Notes under the pieces: generated by a model
Database searches by the model: none
The model's input: only the letters and a program-made list of their open reading frames with translations
What the model was told of the DNA's origin: nothing
Assembly (NCBI RefSeq): GCF_003334815.1
Contig: NZ_QOWO01000017.1
DNA: 64,000 nucleotides
Direction: 5' to 3' (one strand)
Source: Escherichia coli
GTDB lineage: Bacteria > Pseudomonadota > Gammaproteobacteria > Enterobacterales > Enterobacteriaceae
In this document: positions 11,149 to 21,251 of the stretch, one piece after another
Layout of the letters: every line of letters begins with the position of its first letter
Position numbering within the stretch: the stretch's first letter is position 1
Program-made: the position numbers and the translations under genes

Positions 11149-12597
11149 ATGAAACTTAACGACAGTAACTTATTCCGCCAGCAGGCGTTGATTAACGGGG
11201 AATGGCTGGACGCCAACAATGGTGAAGCCATCGACGTCACCAATCCGGCGAACGGCGACAAGCTGGGTAGCGTGCCGAAAATGGGCGCGGATGAAACCCG
11301 CGCCGCTATCGACGCCGCCAACCGCGCCCTGCCCGCCTGGCGCGCGCTCACCGCCAAAGAACGCGCCACCATTCTGCGCAACTGGTTCAATTTGATGATG
11401 GAGCATCAGGACGATTTAGCGCGCCTGATGACCCTCGAACAGGGTAAACCACTGGCCGAAGCGAAAGGCGAAATCAGCTACGCCGCCTCCTTTATTGAGT
11501 GGTTTGCCGAAGAAGGCAAACGCATTTATGGCGACACCATTCCTGGTCATCAGGCCGATAAACGCCTGATTGTTATCAAGCAGCCGATTGGCGTCACCGC
11601 GGCTATCACGCCGTGGAACTTCCCGGCGGCGATGATTACCCGCAAAGCCGGTCCGGCGCTGGCAGCAGGCTGCACCATGGTGCTGAAGCCCGCCAGTCAG
11701 ACGCCGTTCTCTGCGCTGGCGCTGGCGGAGCTGGCGATCCGCGCGGGCGTTCCGGCTGGGGTATTTAACGTGGTCACCGGTTCGGCGGGCGCGGTCGGTA
11801 ACGAACTGACCAGTAACCCGCTGGTGCGCAAACTGTCGTTTACCGGTTCGACCGAAATTGGCCGCCAGTTAATGGAACAGTGCGCGAAAGACATCAAGAA
11901 AGTGTCGCTGGAGCTGGGCGGTAACGCGCCGTTTATCGTCTTTGACGATGCCGACCTCGACAAAGCCGTGGAAGGCGCGCTGGCCTCGAAATTCCGCAAC
12001 GCCGGGCAAACCTGCGTCTGCGCCAACCGCCTGTATGTGCAGGACGGCGTGTATGACCGTTTTGCCGAAAAATTGCAGCAGGCAGTGAGCAAACTGCACA
12101 TCGGCGACGGGCTGGATAACGGCGTCACCATCGGGCCGCTGATCGATGAAAAAGCGGTAGCAAAAGTGGAAGAGCATATTGCCGATGCGCTGGAGAAAGG
12201 CGCGCGCGTGGTTTGCGGCGGTAAAGCGCACGAACGCGGCGGCAACTTCTTCCAGCCGACCATTCTGGTGGACGTTCCGGCCAACGCCAAAGTGTCGAAA
12301 GAAGAGACGTTCGGCCCCCTCGCCCCGCTGTTCCGCTTTAAAGATGAAGCTGATGTGATTGCGCAAGCCAATGACACCGAGTTTGGCCTTGCCGCCTATT
12401 TCTACGCCCGTGATTTAAGCCGCGTCTTCCGCGTGGGCGAAGCGCTGGAGTACGGCATCGTCGGCATCAATACCGGCATTATTTCCAATGAAGTGGCCCC
12501 GTTCGGCGGCATCAAAGCCTCGGGTCTGGGTCGTGAAGGTTCGAAGTATGGCATCGAAGATTACTTAGAAATCAAATATATGTGCATCGGTCTTTAA
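11149..12597 (+). CDS. gabD: Succinate-semialdehyde dehydrogenase (NADP+)
   Basis: 482 aa aldehyde dehydrogenase; synteny. Confidence 0.95.
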   Translation: MKLNDSNLFRQQALINGEWLDANNGEAIDVTNPANGDKLGSVPKMGADETRAAIDAANRALPAWRALTAKERATILRNWFNLMMEHQDDLARLMTLEQGKPLAEAKGEISYAASFIEWFAEEGKRIYGDTIPGHQADKRLIVIKQPIGVTAAITPWNFPAAMITRKAGPALAAGCTMVLKPASQTPFSALALAELAIRAGVPAGVFNVVTGSAGAVGNELTSNPLVRKLSFTGSTEIGRQLMEQCAKDIKKVSLELGGNAPFIVFDDADLDKAVEGALASKFRNAGQTCVCANRLYVQDGVYDRFAEKLQQAVSKLHIGDGLDNGVTIGPLIDEKAVAKVEEHIADALEKGARVVCGGKAHERGGNFFQPTILVDVPANAKVSKEETFGPLAPLFRFKDEADVIAQANDTEFGLAAYFYARDLSRVFRVGEALEYGIVGINTGIISNEVAPFGGIKASGLGREGSKYGIEDYLEIKYMCIGL

Positions 12598-12610
12598 CTG
12601 GAGAATGCGA

Positions 12611-13891
12611 ATGAACAGCAATAAAGAGTTAATGCAGCGCCGCAGTCAGGCGATTCCCCGTGGCGTTGGGCAAATTCACCCGATTTTCGCTGACCGCGCG
12701 GAAAACTGCCGGGTGTGGGACGTTGAAGGCCGTGAGTATCTTGATTTCGCGGGCGGGATTGCGGTGCTCAATACCGGGCACCTGCATCCGAAGGTGGTGG
12801 CCGCGGTGGAAGCGCAGTTGAAAAAACTGTCGCACACCTGCTTCCAGGTGCTGGCTTACGAGCCGTATCTGGAGCTGTGCGAGATTATGAATCAGAAGGT
12901 GCCGGGCGATTTCGCCAAGAAAACGCTGCTGGTTACGACCGGTTCCGAAGCGGTGGAAAACGCGGTAAAAATCGCCCGCGCCGCCACCAAACGTAGCGGC
13001 ACCATCGCTTTTAGCGGCGCGTATCACGGGCGCACGCATTACACGCTGGCGCTGACCGGCAAGGTGAATCCGTACTCTGCGGGCATGGGGCTGATGCCGG
13101 GTCATGTTTATCGCGCGCTTTATCCTTGCCCGCTGCACGGCATAAGCGAGGATGACGCTATCGCCAGCATCCACCGGATCTTCAAAAATGATGCCGCGCC
13201 GGAAGATATCGCCGCCATCGTGATTGAGCCGGTTCAGGGCGAAGGCGGTTTCTACGCCTCGTCGCCAGCCTTTATGCAGCGTTTACGCGCTCTGTGTGAC
13301 GAGCACGGGATCATGCTGATTGCCGATGAAGTGCAGAGCGGCGCGGGGCGTACCGGCACGCTGTTTGCGATGGAGCAGATGGGCGTTGCGCCGGATCTTA
13401 CCACCTTTGCGAAATCGATCGCGGGCGGCTTCCCGCTGGCGGGCGTCACCGGGCGCGCGGAAGTAATGGATGCCGTCGCTCCAGGCGGTCTGGGCGGCAC
13501 CTATGCGGGTAACCCGATTGCCTGCGTGGCTGCGCTGGAAGTGTTGAAGGTGTTTGAGCAGGAAAATCTGCTGCAAAAAGCCAACGATCTGGGGCAGAAG
13601 TTGAAAGACGGATTGCTGGCGATAGCCGAAAAACACCCGGAGATCGGCGACGTACGCGGGCTGGGGGCGATGATCGCCATTGAGCTGTTTGAAGACGGCG
13701 ATCACAACAAGCCGGACGCCAAACTCACCGCCGAGATCGTGGCTCGCGCCCGCGATAAAGGCCTGATTCTTCTCTCCTGCGGCCCGTATTACAACGTGCT
13801 GCGCATCCTTGTACCGCTCACCATTGAAGACGCTCAGATCCGTCAGGGTCTGGAGATCATCAGCCAGTGTTTTGATGAGGCGAAGCAGTAG
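12611..13891 (+). CDS. gabT: 4-aminobutyrate aminotransferase (PLP-dependent)
   Basis: N-terminus MNSNKELMQRRSQAIPRGVG, 426 aa. Confidence 0.95.
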   Translation: MNSNKELMQRRSQAIPRGVGQIHPIFADRAENCRVWDVEGREYLDFAGGIAVLNTGHLHPKVVAAVEAQLKKLSHTCFQVLAYEPYLELCEIMNQKVPGDFAKKTLLVTTGSEAVENAVKIARAATKRSGTIAFSGAYHGRTHYTLALTGKVNPYSAGMGLMPGHVYRALYPCPLHGISEDDAIASIHRIFKNDAAPEDIAAIVIEPVQGEGGFYASSPAFMQRLRALCDEHGIMLIADEVQSGAGRTGTLFAMEQMGVAPDLTTFAKSIAGGFPLAGVTGRAEVMDAVAPGGLGGTYAGNPIACVAALEVLKVFEQENLLQKANDLGQKLKDGLLAIAEKHPEIGDVRGLGAMIAIELFEDGDHNKPDAKLTAEIVARARDKGLILLSCGPYYNVLRILVPLTIEDAQIRQGLEIISQCFDEAKQ

Positions 13892-13892
13892 C

Positions 13893-14045
13893 GCCGCTCC
13901 TATGCCGGAGGCGACGCTGCGCGTCTTGTCCGGCCTACGGGGATCCAGGTCGGATAAGGCGTTTACGCCGCATCCGACAATCTGTACGTGAACAGGAAGA
14001 AATCTATGTTGGCCGGGTAAGGCGGAGCCGCTCTCCGGCAAAAAG
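13893..14045. repeat. REP/BIME palindromic elements between gabT and gabP
   Basis: GCCGGATGCGGCGTAAACGCCTTATCCG-type units in inverted orientation. Confidence 0.6.
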
Positions 14046-14128
14046 AATCAATAACAATTATACGCGTGACCCGGCGCGGGAAATGTCGGGGCGCTCTCCC
14101 AAGTGACACACTTTCGAGAGGATTCAGG

Positions 14129-15529
14129 ATGGGGCAATCATCGCAACCACATGAGTTAGGCGGCGGGCTGAAGTCACGCCACGTCACCATGTTGTCTATT
14201 GCCGGTGTTATCGGCGCAAGTCTGTTTGTCGGTTCCAGCGTCGCCATCGCCGAAGCGGGCCCGGCGGTATTACTGGCCTATCTGTTCGCCGGGCTACTGG
14301 TGGTTATGATTATGCGGATGTTGGCGGAAATGGCGGTTGCCACGCCCGATACCGGTTCGTTTTCCACCTATGCCGATAAAGCCATTGGTCGCTGGGCGGG
14401 CTATACCATCGGCTGGTTGTACTGGTGGTTTTGGGTACTGGTTATCCCGCTGGAAGCCAACATCGCCGCCATGATCCTGCACTCATGGGTTCCAGGCATT
14501 CCCATCTGGTTATTTTCCCTCGTCATTACCCTCGCCTTAACTGGCAGTAACTTATTAAGCGTTAAAAACTACGGCGAATTTGAGTTCTGGCTGGCGCTGT
14601 GCAAAGTCATCGCTATCCTGGCCTTTATTTTCCTTGGTGCAGTCGCAATTAGCGGTTTTTACCCGTATGCCGAAGTGAGCGGGATCTCAAGATTGTGGGA
14701 TAGCGGCGGCTTTATGCCCAACGGTTTCGGTGCGGTATTAAGCGCGATGTTGATCACCATGTTCTCGTTTATGGGCGCAGAAATTGTCACCATTGCCGCC
14801 GCGGAATCCGACACGCCGGAAAAACATATTGTCCGCGCCACCAACTCGGTTATCTGGCGTATTTCTATCTTCTATTTATGTTCTATTTTTGTCGTCGTGG
14901 CATTAATTCCGTGGAATATGCCCGGACTAAAAGCCGTCGGTTCTTATCGCTCGGTACTGGAATTGCTCAATATTCCCCATGCGAAATTAATCATGGACTG
15001 CGTGATATTACTTTCCGTAACCAGTTGCCTGAACTCGGCGCTGTATACCGCGTCAAGGATGCTCTACTCCTTAAGTCGTCGCGGTGATGCTCCCGCGGTA
15101 ATGGGTAAAATCAACCGCAGTAAAACCCCGTACGTGGCGGTGTTACTCTCCACCGGCGCGGCATTCTTAACGGTGGTGGTGAACTATTACGCGCCTGCGA
15201 AGGTATTTAAATTTCTGATCGACAGCTCCGGCGCTATCGCCCTGCTGGTTTATTTAGTCATCGCCGTTTCACAGTTGCGGATGCGCAAAATTCTGCGAGC
15301 AGAAGGAAGCGAAATTCGCTTGCGAATGTGGCTTTATCCGTGGCTCACCTGGCTAGTCATCGGCTTTATTACCTTTGTGTTGGTAGTGATGCTATTCCGT
15401 CCGGCGCAACAGTTAGAAGTGATCTCCACCGGCTTATTAGCGATAGGGATTATCTGTACCGTGCCAATTATGGCTCGCTGGAAAAAGCTGGTATTGTGGC
15501 AAAAAACACCCGTTCATAATACGCGCTGA
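14129..15529 (+). CDS. gabP: GABA permease (APC family)
   Basis: N-terminus MGQSSQPHELGGGLKSRHVTML, 466 aa, multi-TM. Confidence 0.9.
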   Translation: MGQSSQPHELGGGLKSRHVTMLSIAGVIGASLFVGSSVAIAEAGPAVLLAYLFAGLLVVMIMRMLAEMAVATPDTGSFSTYADKAIGRWAGYTIGWLYWWFWVLVIPLEANIAAMILHSWVPGIPIWLFSLVITLALTGSNLLSVKNYGEFEFWLALCKVIAILAFIFLGAVAISGFYPYAEVSGISRLWDSGGFMPNGFGAVLSAMLITMFSFMGAEIVTIAAAESDTPEKHIVRATNSVIWRISIFYLCSIFVVVALIPWNMPGLKAVGSYRSVLELLNIPHAKLIMDCVILLSVTSCLNSALYTASRMLYSLSRRGDAPAVMGKINRSKTPYVAVLLSTGAAFLTVVVNYYAPAKVFKFLIDSSGAIALLVYLVIAVSQLRMRKILRAEGSEIRLRMWLYPWLTWLVIGFITFVLVVMLFRPAQQLEVISTGLLAIGIICTVPIMARWKKLVLWQKTPVHNTR

Positions 15530-15549
15530 TCATGATCAGGAGTCACACC

Positions 15550-16212
15550 ATGACCATTACGTCTCTGGATGGCTATCGCTGGCTGAAGAACGATATTATT
15601 CGCGGTAATTTTCAACCGGATGAAAAATTACGAATGAGTTTGCTGACATCGCGTTATGCACTTGGCGTTGGGCCGTTACGGGAAGCTCTTTCGCAACTGG
15701 TGGCGGAACGGCTGGTCACGGTGGTGAATCAAAAAGGGTATCGGGTGGCGTCTATGTCAGAGCAGGAGCTGCTCGATATTTTCGACGCCCGCGCCAATAT
15801 GGAAGCGATGTTAGTGAGTCTGGCGATTGCCCGCGGTGGCGATGAGTGGGAGGCAGACGTTCTCGCAAAAGCGCATCTGCTGAGTAAGCTTGAGGCCTGT
15901 GACGCCAGCGAGAAAATGCTTGATGAGTGGGATCTGCGTCATCAGGCGTTTCATACGGCAATTGTGGCGGGCTGTGGTTCTCACTATTTGCTGCAAATGC
16001 GTGAACGGTTGTTTGATCTGGCGGCGCGTTATCGATTTATCTGGCTGCGGCGAACGGTGCTTTCGGTGGAAATGCTGGAGGATAAACACGATCAGCACCA
16101 GACCCTGACTGCGGCGGTACTGGCGCGAGATACCGCGCGCGCCAGTGAGTTAATGCGCCAGCATTTACTGACGCCAATTCCCATTATCCAGCAGGCGATG
16201 GCTGGCAATTAA
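15550..16212 (+). CDS. csiR: GntR-family transcriptional repressor CsiR
   Basis: N-terminus MTITSLDGYRWLKNDIIRGNF, 220 aa. Confidence 0.85.
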   Translation: MTITSLDGYRWLKNDIIRGNFQPDEKLRMSLLTSRYALGVGPLREALSQLVAERLVTVVNQKGYRVASMSEQELLDIFDARANMEAMLVSLAIARGGDEWEADVLAKAHLLSKLEACDASEKMLDEWDLRHQAFHTAIVAGCGSHYLLQMRERLFDLAARYRFIWLRRTVLSVEMLEDKHDQHQTLTAAVLARDTARASELMRQHLLTPIPIIQQAMAGN

Positions 16213-16662
16213 CTACTCTTCCGGAATACGCAACACTTGCCCCGGATAAATTTTATCCGGGCTTTTTAGCATCGGTTTATTCGCTTCGAAGATTTTATTG
16301 TACAGATTAGCGTTACCGTAGACCTGTTTGGAAATGGCACTCAGAGTGTCGCCAGACTTAACGGTATAAAACTGGCTGGCAGTGGCTGGTGTCGCCGTTT
16401 TCACCTGATCATCGACACTGGCAATACCGGAAATATTCCCCACCGCAACAAGGATTTTCTCCTTCGCCTCCTGACTCAGGCCGTCACCAGTGACCGTCGC
16501 TTTGCCGTCGGCAATTTGAATATTCACTTTATCGGCATCCGGTATACCGGTTTTGTTCAGATGCTCCTGCACCTTCTTCGCCTGATCGTCTTTATCGTGC
16601 TGACCTGTAACCGCGTCCCAGAGTTTTTCTCCGGCATCTTTCACAAAATTGAACAGACCCAT
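16213..16662 (-). CDS. kbp: Potassium-binding protein Kbp (BON + LysM domains)
   Basis: [15 protein letters not shown]..., 149 aa; C-terminal LysM-like [30 protein letters not shown]. Confidence 0.85.
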
Positions 16663-16745
16663 AGCTACCTCATTCGTTAACGGAAACACTCAGAAAGTGT
16701 AGCAGAGGAACGCGGCGCGTTAACGCCGCGGGGATGAGCACAGGT

Positions 16746-16904
16746 TTAATCGCGGGTTTGCACCCAGAACGCGTGAATCAAACCGGGGATATACCCAAGC
16801 AGTGTCAACAGAATATTAATAATGAACGCCCAACCGAACCCTTTACCGAGCAGCACGCCGAGCGGCGGCAGAATGATGGTGATGACGATTCTCCAGAAAC
16901 CCAT
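16746..16904 (-). CDS. yqaE: Small membrane protein, Pmp3/UPF0057 family (52 aa)
   Basis: Hand translation MGFWRIVITIILPPLGVLLGKGFGWAFIINILLTLLGYIPGLIHAFWVQTRD; GGGAG RBS 5 nt upstream; absent from ORF track. Confidence 0.8.
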   Translation of the reverse strand: MGFWRIVITIILPPLGVLLGKGFGWAFIINILLTLLGYIPGLIHAFWVQTRD

Positions 16905-17086
16905 ATGTACTCCCTATAAGAAAATTACTCATTGTTTAAAAAGAGATTTTATCTCTTAAGCGTAGTAATTTTAGCGGAGCCTGCCAGTTTCAGCTTACGC
17001 TTTTACTCTCATTTACGCTGCTGAGGCTGGTATATGTTGCATTTTTAGTTTAGAGTTTACTTAATTTAGAAAATACTTAAATAAAT

Positions 17087-17386
17087 ATGACTGAACTCGC
17101 GCAATTACAGGCCAGTGCCGAACAGGCAGCGGCCTTATTGAAAGCAATGAGCCACCCTAAACGATTGCTGATTCTGTGCATGCTTAGCGGTTCCCCCGGC
17201 ACCAGCGCGGGAGAGCTGACGCGCATTACCGGACTGAGTGCCTCTGCGACATCACAGCATCTCGCTCGTATGCGGGACGAAGGGCTTATCGACAGCCAAC
17301 GGGATGCCCAACGCATTCTATATTCCATTAAAAATGAGGCGGTAAATGCCATTATCGCCACCCTGAAAAATGTCTATTGTCCGTAA
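17087..17386 (+). CDS. ygaV: ArsR-family transcriptional regulator
   Basis: 99 aa, HTH ArsR-like; synteny with ygaP. Confidence 0.85.
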   Translation: MTELAQLQASAEQAAALLKAMSHPKRLLILCMLSGSPGTSAGELTRITGLSASATSQHLARMRDEGLIDSQRDAQRILYSIKNEAVNAIIATLKNVYCP

Positions 17387-17395
17387 GGAGTCACT

Positions 17396-17920
17396 ATGGC
17401 TTTGACAACCATTTCGCCGCATGATGCACAAGAATTAATCGCACGCGGCGCAAAGTTAATCGATATTCGTGATGCTGATGAATATCTTCGTGAACATATT
17501 CCTGAAGCAGATCTGGCTCCATTATCCGTGCTGGAACAGTCAGGTCTTCCGGCTAAATTACGTCACGAGCAAATTATATTCCACTGCCAGGCAGGTAAAC
17601 GCACCAGTAATAATGCCGATAAATTAGCAGCGATTGCCGCCCCCGCAGAAATCTTTTTACTCGAAGATGGGATTGATGGCTGGAAAAAAGCAGGATTGCC
17701 AGTAGCGGTAAATAAATCTCAACCCTTGCCGTTAATGCGCCAGGTGCAGATCGCTGCGGGTGGTTTAATATTAATCGGCGTTGTACTGGGTTATACCGTA
17801 AATAGCGGTTTCTTCTTATTAAGTGGCTTTGTTGGTGCCGGGTTACTGTTTGCAGGAATCAGCGGTTTTTGTGGAATGGCAAGGTTGTTAGATAAGATGC
17901 CGTGGAACCAACGAGCTTGA
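17396..17920 (+). CDS. ygaP: Rhodanese-domain inner-membrane sulfurtransferase
   Basis: 174 aa; rhodanese active-site Cys in FHCQAGKR; C-terminal TM segments. Confidence 0.85.
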
Positions 17921-17966
17921 GAAGCGACGCCGGACGCGCCCTAGCAGCGACATCCGGCCTCAGTAA

Positions 17967-18371
17967 TTAGATCAGGAAATCGTCGAGAGATTTACCTTCT
18001 GCCAGCGCCTGAGCAATTGGCTTCGGTGTACGGCCCTGACCGGTCCAGGTTTTAGTTTCACCGTTAACATCGGTGAATTTATATTTCGCCGGACGCGGCT
18101 GGCGTTTTTTACCAGCGCGTGGTGCAGCAGCAGAGCTATTACCCAATAACTCTTCCGGGTTAATTCCGTCAGCTTTCATCAGCTCCAGCCAGGTGCTAAT
18201 TTTTTCCTGGCGCTCTGCCAGTTCACGCTGCTGCTGTTCTTCTTCTTCACGTCTTTCTTTAGTGACAACCCTGAATTTTTCGAGCATTTCTTCAAGAACG
18301 TCAATGGAGAATTCGCGAGCCATCGCACGGAGGGTGCGAATGTTATTTAAACTTTGTAACATTACGGACAT
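17967..18371 (-). CDS. stpA: H-NS paralog, DNA-binding protein StpA
   Basis: 134 aa, [33 protein letters not shown]. Confidence 0.95.
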   Translation of the reverse strand: MSVMLQSLNNIRTLRAMAREFSIDVLEEMLEKFRVVTKERREEEEQQQRELAERQEKISTWLELMKADGINPEELLGNSSAAAPRAGKKRQPRPAKYKFTDVNGETKTWTGQGRTPKPIAQALAEGKSLDDFLI

Positions 18372-19039
18372 AATAAAGAAAACCTTTTAACGCCAAAACA
18401 AAAAAAGTATTTCGTCGCGTAGTGTAAGCGATCACTTATTATATTTCCACAAAATTTAATCTATTTACAGTCCTGCGCGAGATTATTTCAGCTGTTATTT
18501 TCTGAAACTCTCAGAATAATTTCAAGATTATATATTAGCCATTTTGATGAGTAATTTAGATTATTGGTGAACAGAGCGGCGCTCTCTGCTCGCTAATTCC
18601 GCAAGCCTGACAAAATCAAAGTGAATAAAAATGCAATATAACAGAATAAAAGAAAACATCCATCACTGGTGCTTTCTGCTGTTAATGTACATTGTCTGGC
18701 ATAAAAAATGCTGAAAATGACCCAGCTACTACATACACCGAATTCTCTACGCTTATAGCGTTACCTCACCCCCAAACTTTCATTAGTGATATTAAAGGTA
18801 AGGCCATATCTAATTGATTTAATTAAAAATAAATCATATCGGCATGTAAAAATCCACAATGTACAAAAAACGAGCCGTTACGGAATATTTTATCTACAAA
18901 AACTGACTAAATAAAAATTTTTCACTAATTGATTAGTCATAGCCAGCGATATACGCTATGCGAAAATGCAGATGGCAATGAGATCCACTGCTTTCATCTC
19001 CATTAACATCCCATTACGCTTTTATTAAGGAGCATTAGC

Positions 19040-19489
19040 ATGTTCTCACCGCAGTCACGCTTGCGTCATGCAGTTGCAGATACGTTCGCGATGGTTGTTT
19101 ACTGTTCTGTCGTGAACATGTGTATTGAAGTTTTCCTCTCCGGAATGAGCTTCGAACAGTCTTTTTATTCCAGATTGGTAGCGATTCCGGTGAACATCTT
19201 AATTGCATGGCCATACGGTATGTACCGTGATCTGTTTATGCGCGCGGCACGCAAAGTTAGCCCGTCGGGCTGGATAAAAAATCTGGCGGATATCCTGGCT
19301 TATGTGACGTTCCAGTCACCGGTGTATGTGGCGATCTTGTTAGTGGTGGGCGCAGACTGGCATCAGATTATGGCGGCGGTCAGTTCAAACATCGTTGTTT
19401 CGATGTTGATGGGGGCGGTTTATGGCTACTTCCTCGATTATTGCCGCCGACTGTTTAAAGTCAGCCGTTACCAGCAGGTAAAAGCCTGA
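19040..19489 (+). CDS. alaE: L-alanine exporter
   Basis: 149 aa membrane protein; synteny. Confidence 0.85.
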   Translation: MFSPQSRLRHAVADTFAMVVYCSVVNMCIEVFLSGMSFEQSFYSRLVAIPVNILIAWPYGMYRDLFMRAARKVSPSGWIKNLADILAYVTFQSPVYVAILLVVGADWHQIMAAVSSNIVVSMLMGAVYGYFLDYCRRLFKVSRYQQVKA

Positions 19490-19525
19490 CTCTTCTTTTC
19501 GCGACTGGCATCGCCAGTCGCGTCT

Positions 19526-19870
19526 TTAACTGGCTTCGCCAAATAAACCATTCAAATAACGTTCAAGCGCAACACGCGAACTAAAGCCATGCGGGATACC
19601 GTAATGCTCGTGTCGCTCGCCTGCTAAATAGAGCGGAAATTGCTGGTAATGATCGCAAGTTTTAATATCGGAAGCGGGTTCAGCCAGTGTCGAACTGCGT
19701 TCTTTTAATGTTGGATGAATTACCAGAGCGGTACGTCCCATTCGCGCTTCGCGATTAACATAGACATAATTTTCCCCACGGCGGTAACCATACGCTTTCT
19801 GGGTTACCACATCGACAGTAAAACCGACTTTTTCAAGTACGCGCGCCACCTCGTCTGGTCGTAAATACAT
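19526..19870 (-). CDS. ygaC: Uncharacterised protein YgaC
   Basis: 114 aa; synteny. Confidence 0.75.
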
Positions 19871-20021
19871 ATTTGATCCTCGTTATTATCAACCGCGGGC
19901 CTACCTTACCTGATTGCGCATTCACAACGCTTTCAGAAAAGTCCATAAAGCCGCGATGAACCTCAGTTAAGAAAATTATGGTCTACACTGAAAATTACAT
20001 CGAATTCTAATGGGGGATCAT

Positions 20022-20351
20022 ATGTTTAACCGACCGAACCGCAACGACGTTGATGATGGCGTGCAGGATATCCAGAATGATGTCAATCAATTAGCTGACA
20101 GCCTCGAATCTGTATTGAAGTCCTGGGGCAGCGACGCCAAAGGGGAAGCTGAAGCCGCACGCAGTAAAGCTCAGGCATTGCTGAAAGAAACCAGGGCGCG
20201 AATGCATGGTCGTACTCGCGTCCAGCAAGCCGCGCGCGATGCCGTTGGCTGCGCGGATTCTTTTGTTCGTGAAAGACCCTGGTGTAGCGTGGGTACAGCA
20301 GCTGCGGTAGGTATTTTTATCGGCGCACTGTTAAGCATGCGCAAATCGTAG
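20022..20351 (+). CDS. ygaM: ElaB/YqjD-family membrane-anchored protein
   Basis: MFNRPNRNDVDDGVQDIQNDV..., C-terminal TM anchor; the ORF track starts 4 codons earlier at 20010. Confidence 0.8.
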   Translation: MFNRPNRNDVDDGVQDIQNDVNQLADSLESVLKSWGSDAKGEAEAARSKAQALLKETRARMHGRTRVQQAARDAVGCADSFVRERPWCSVGTAAAVGIFIGALLSMRKS

Positions 20352-20382
20352 TGCAAAAATGATAATAAATACGCGTCTTTGA

Positions 20383-20412
20383 CCCCGAAGCCTGTCTTCG
20401 GGGTTTCTTTTT
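20383..20412 (+). terminator. Rho-independent terminator after ygaM
   Basis: Stem CCCCGAAG/CTTCGGGG followed by TTTCTTTTT. Confidence 0.65.
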
Positions 20413-20598
20413 GCCTGGTGAATCACAAAAATCCCCCTACCCCGTCACGCTCATATCCAGGGTAATTTCGACCACTATTTGCTATATATTGTGTGGTTGA
20501 ATCTTTTTTCAACTACATCTAGTATCTCTGTATCAACAGAGAGACAACCCGACGCGTATCATCGCGCCGTATCTTCATTTTAAACGGAAATACGAATC

Positions 20599-20844
20599 AT
20601 GCGCATTACTATTTACACTCGTAACGATTGCGTTCAGTGCCACGCCACCAAACGGGCGATGGAAAACCGGGGCTTTGATTTTGAAATGATTAATGTCGAT
20701 CGCGTTCCTGAAGCGGCAGAAGCGTTGCGTGCTCAGGGCTTTCGTCAGTTGCCGGTAGTGATTGCTGGCGATCTTAGCTGGTCTGGTTTCCGTCCGGACA
20801 TGATTAACCGTCTGCATCCAGCGCCACACGCGGCCAGTGCATGA
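20599..20844 (+). CDS. nrdH: Glutaredoxin-like protein NrdH
   Basis: 81 aa, CVQC redox motif. Confidence 0.95.
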
Positions 20845-21251
20845 GCCAGCTCGTCTACTTCTCCAGCAGCTCCGAAAACACGCAGCGTTTTATCGAACGT
20901 TTAGGTCTGCCCGCGGTGCGCATCCCGCTCAATGAGCGGGAACGGATTCAGGTAGACGAGCCTTACATCCTGATCGTGCCCTCTTACGGCGGCGGCGGTA
21001 CGGCTGGCGCGGTGCCACGACAGGTAATTCGCTTTTTAAACGACGAGCACAACCGGGCGTTGCTTCGCGGCGTTATTGCTTCTGGTAATCGCAACTTTGG
21101 TGAGGCGTATGGCCGCGCCGGAGATGTGATTGCCCGGAAATGCGGCGTGCCGTGGCTGTACCGTTTTGAACTCATGGGTACGCAAAGCGATATCGAAAAC
21201 GTTCGTAAAGGAGTAACCGAATTTTGGCAACGACAACCGCAGAATGCCTGA
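20841..21251 (+). CDS. nrdI: Flavodoxin-like NrdI
   Basis: 136 aa; overlaps nrdH stop. Confidence 0.95.

Noticed and set aside
16734-16919. 61-aa plus-strand ORF
   Set aside because: It is antisense to the well-supported 52-aa yqaE gene and has no RBS.
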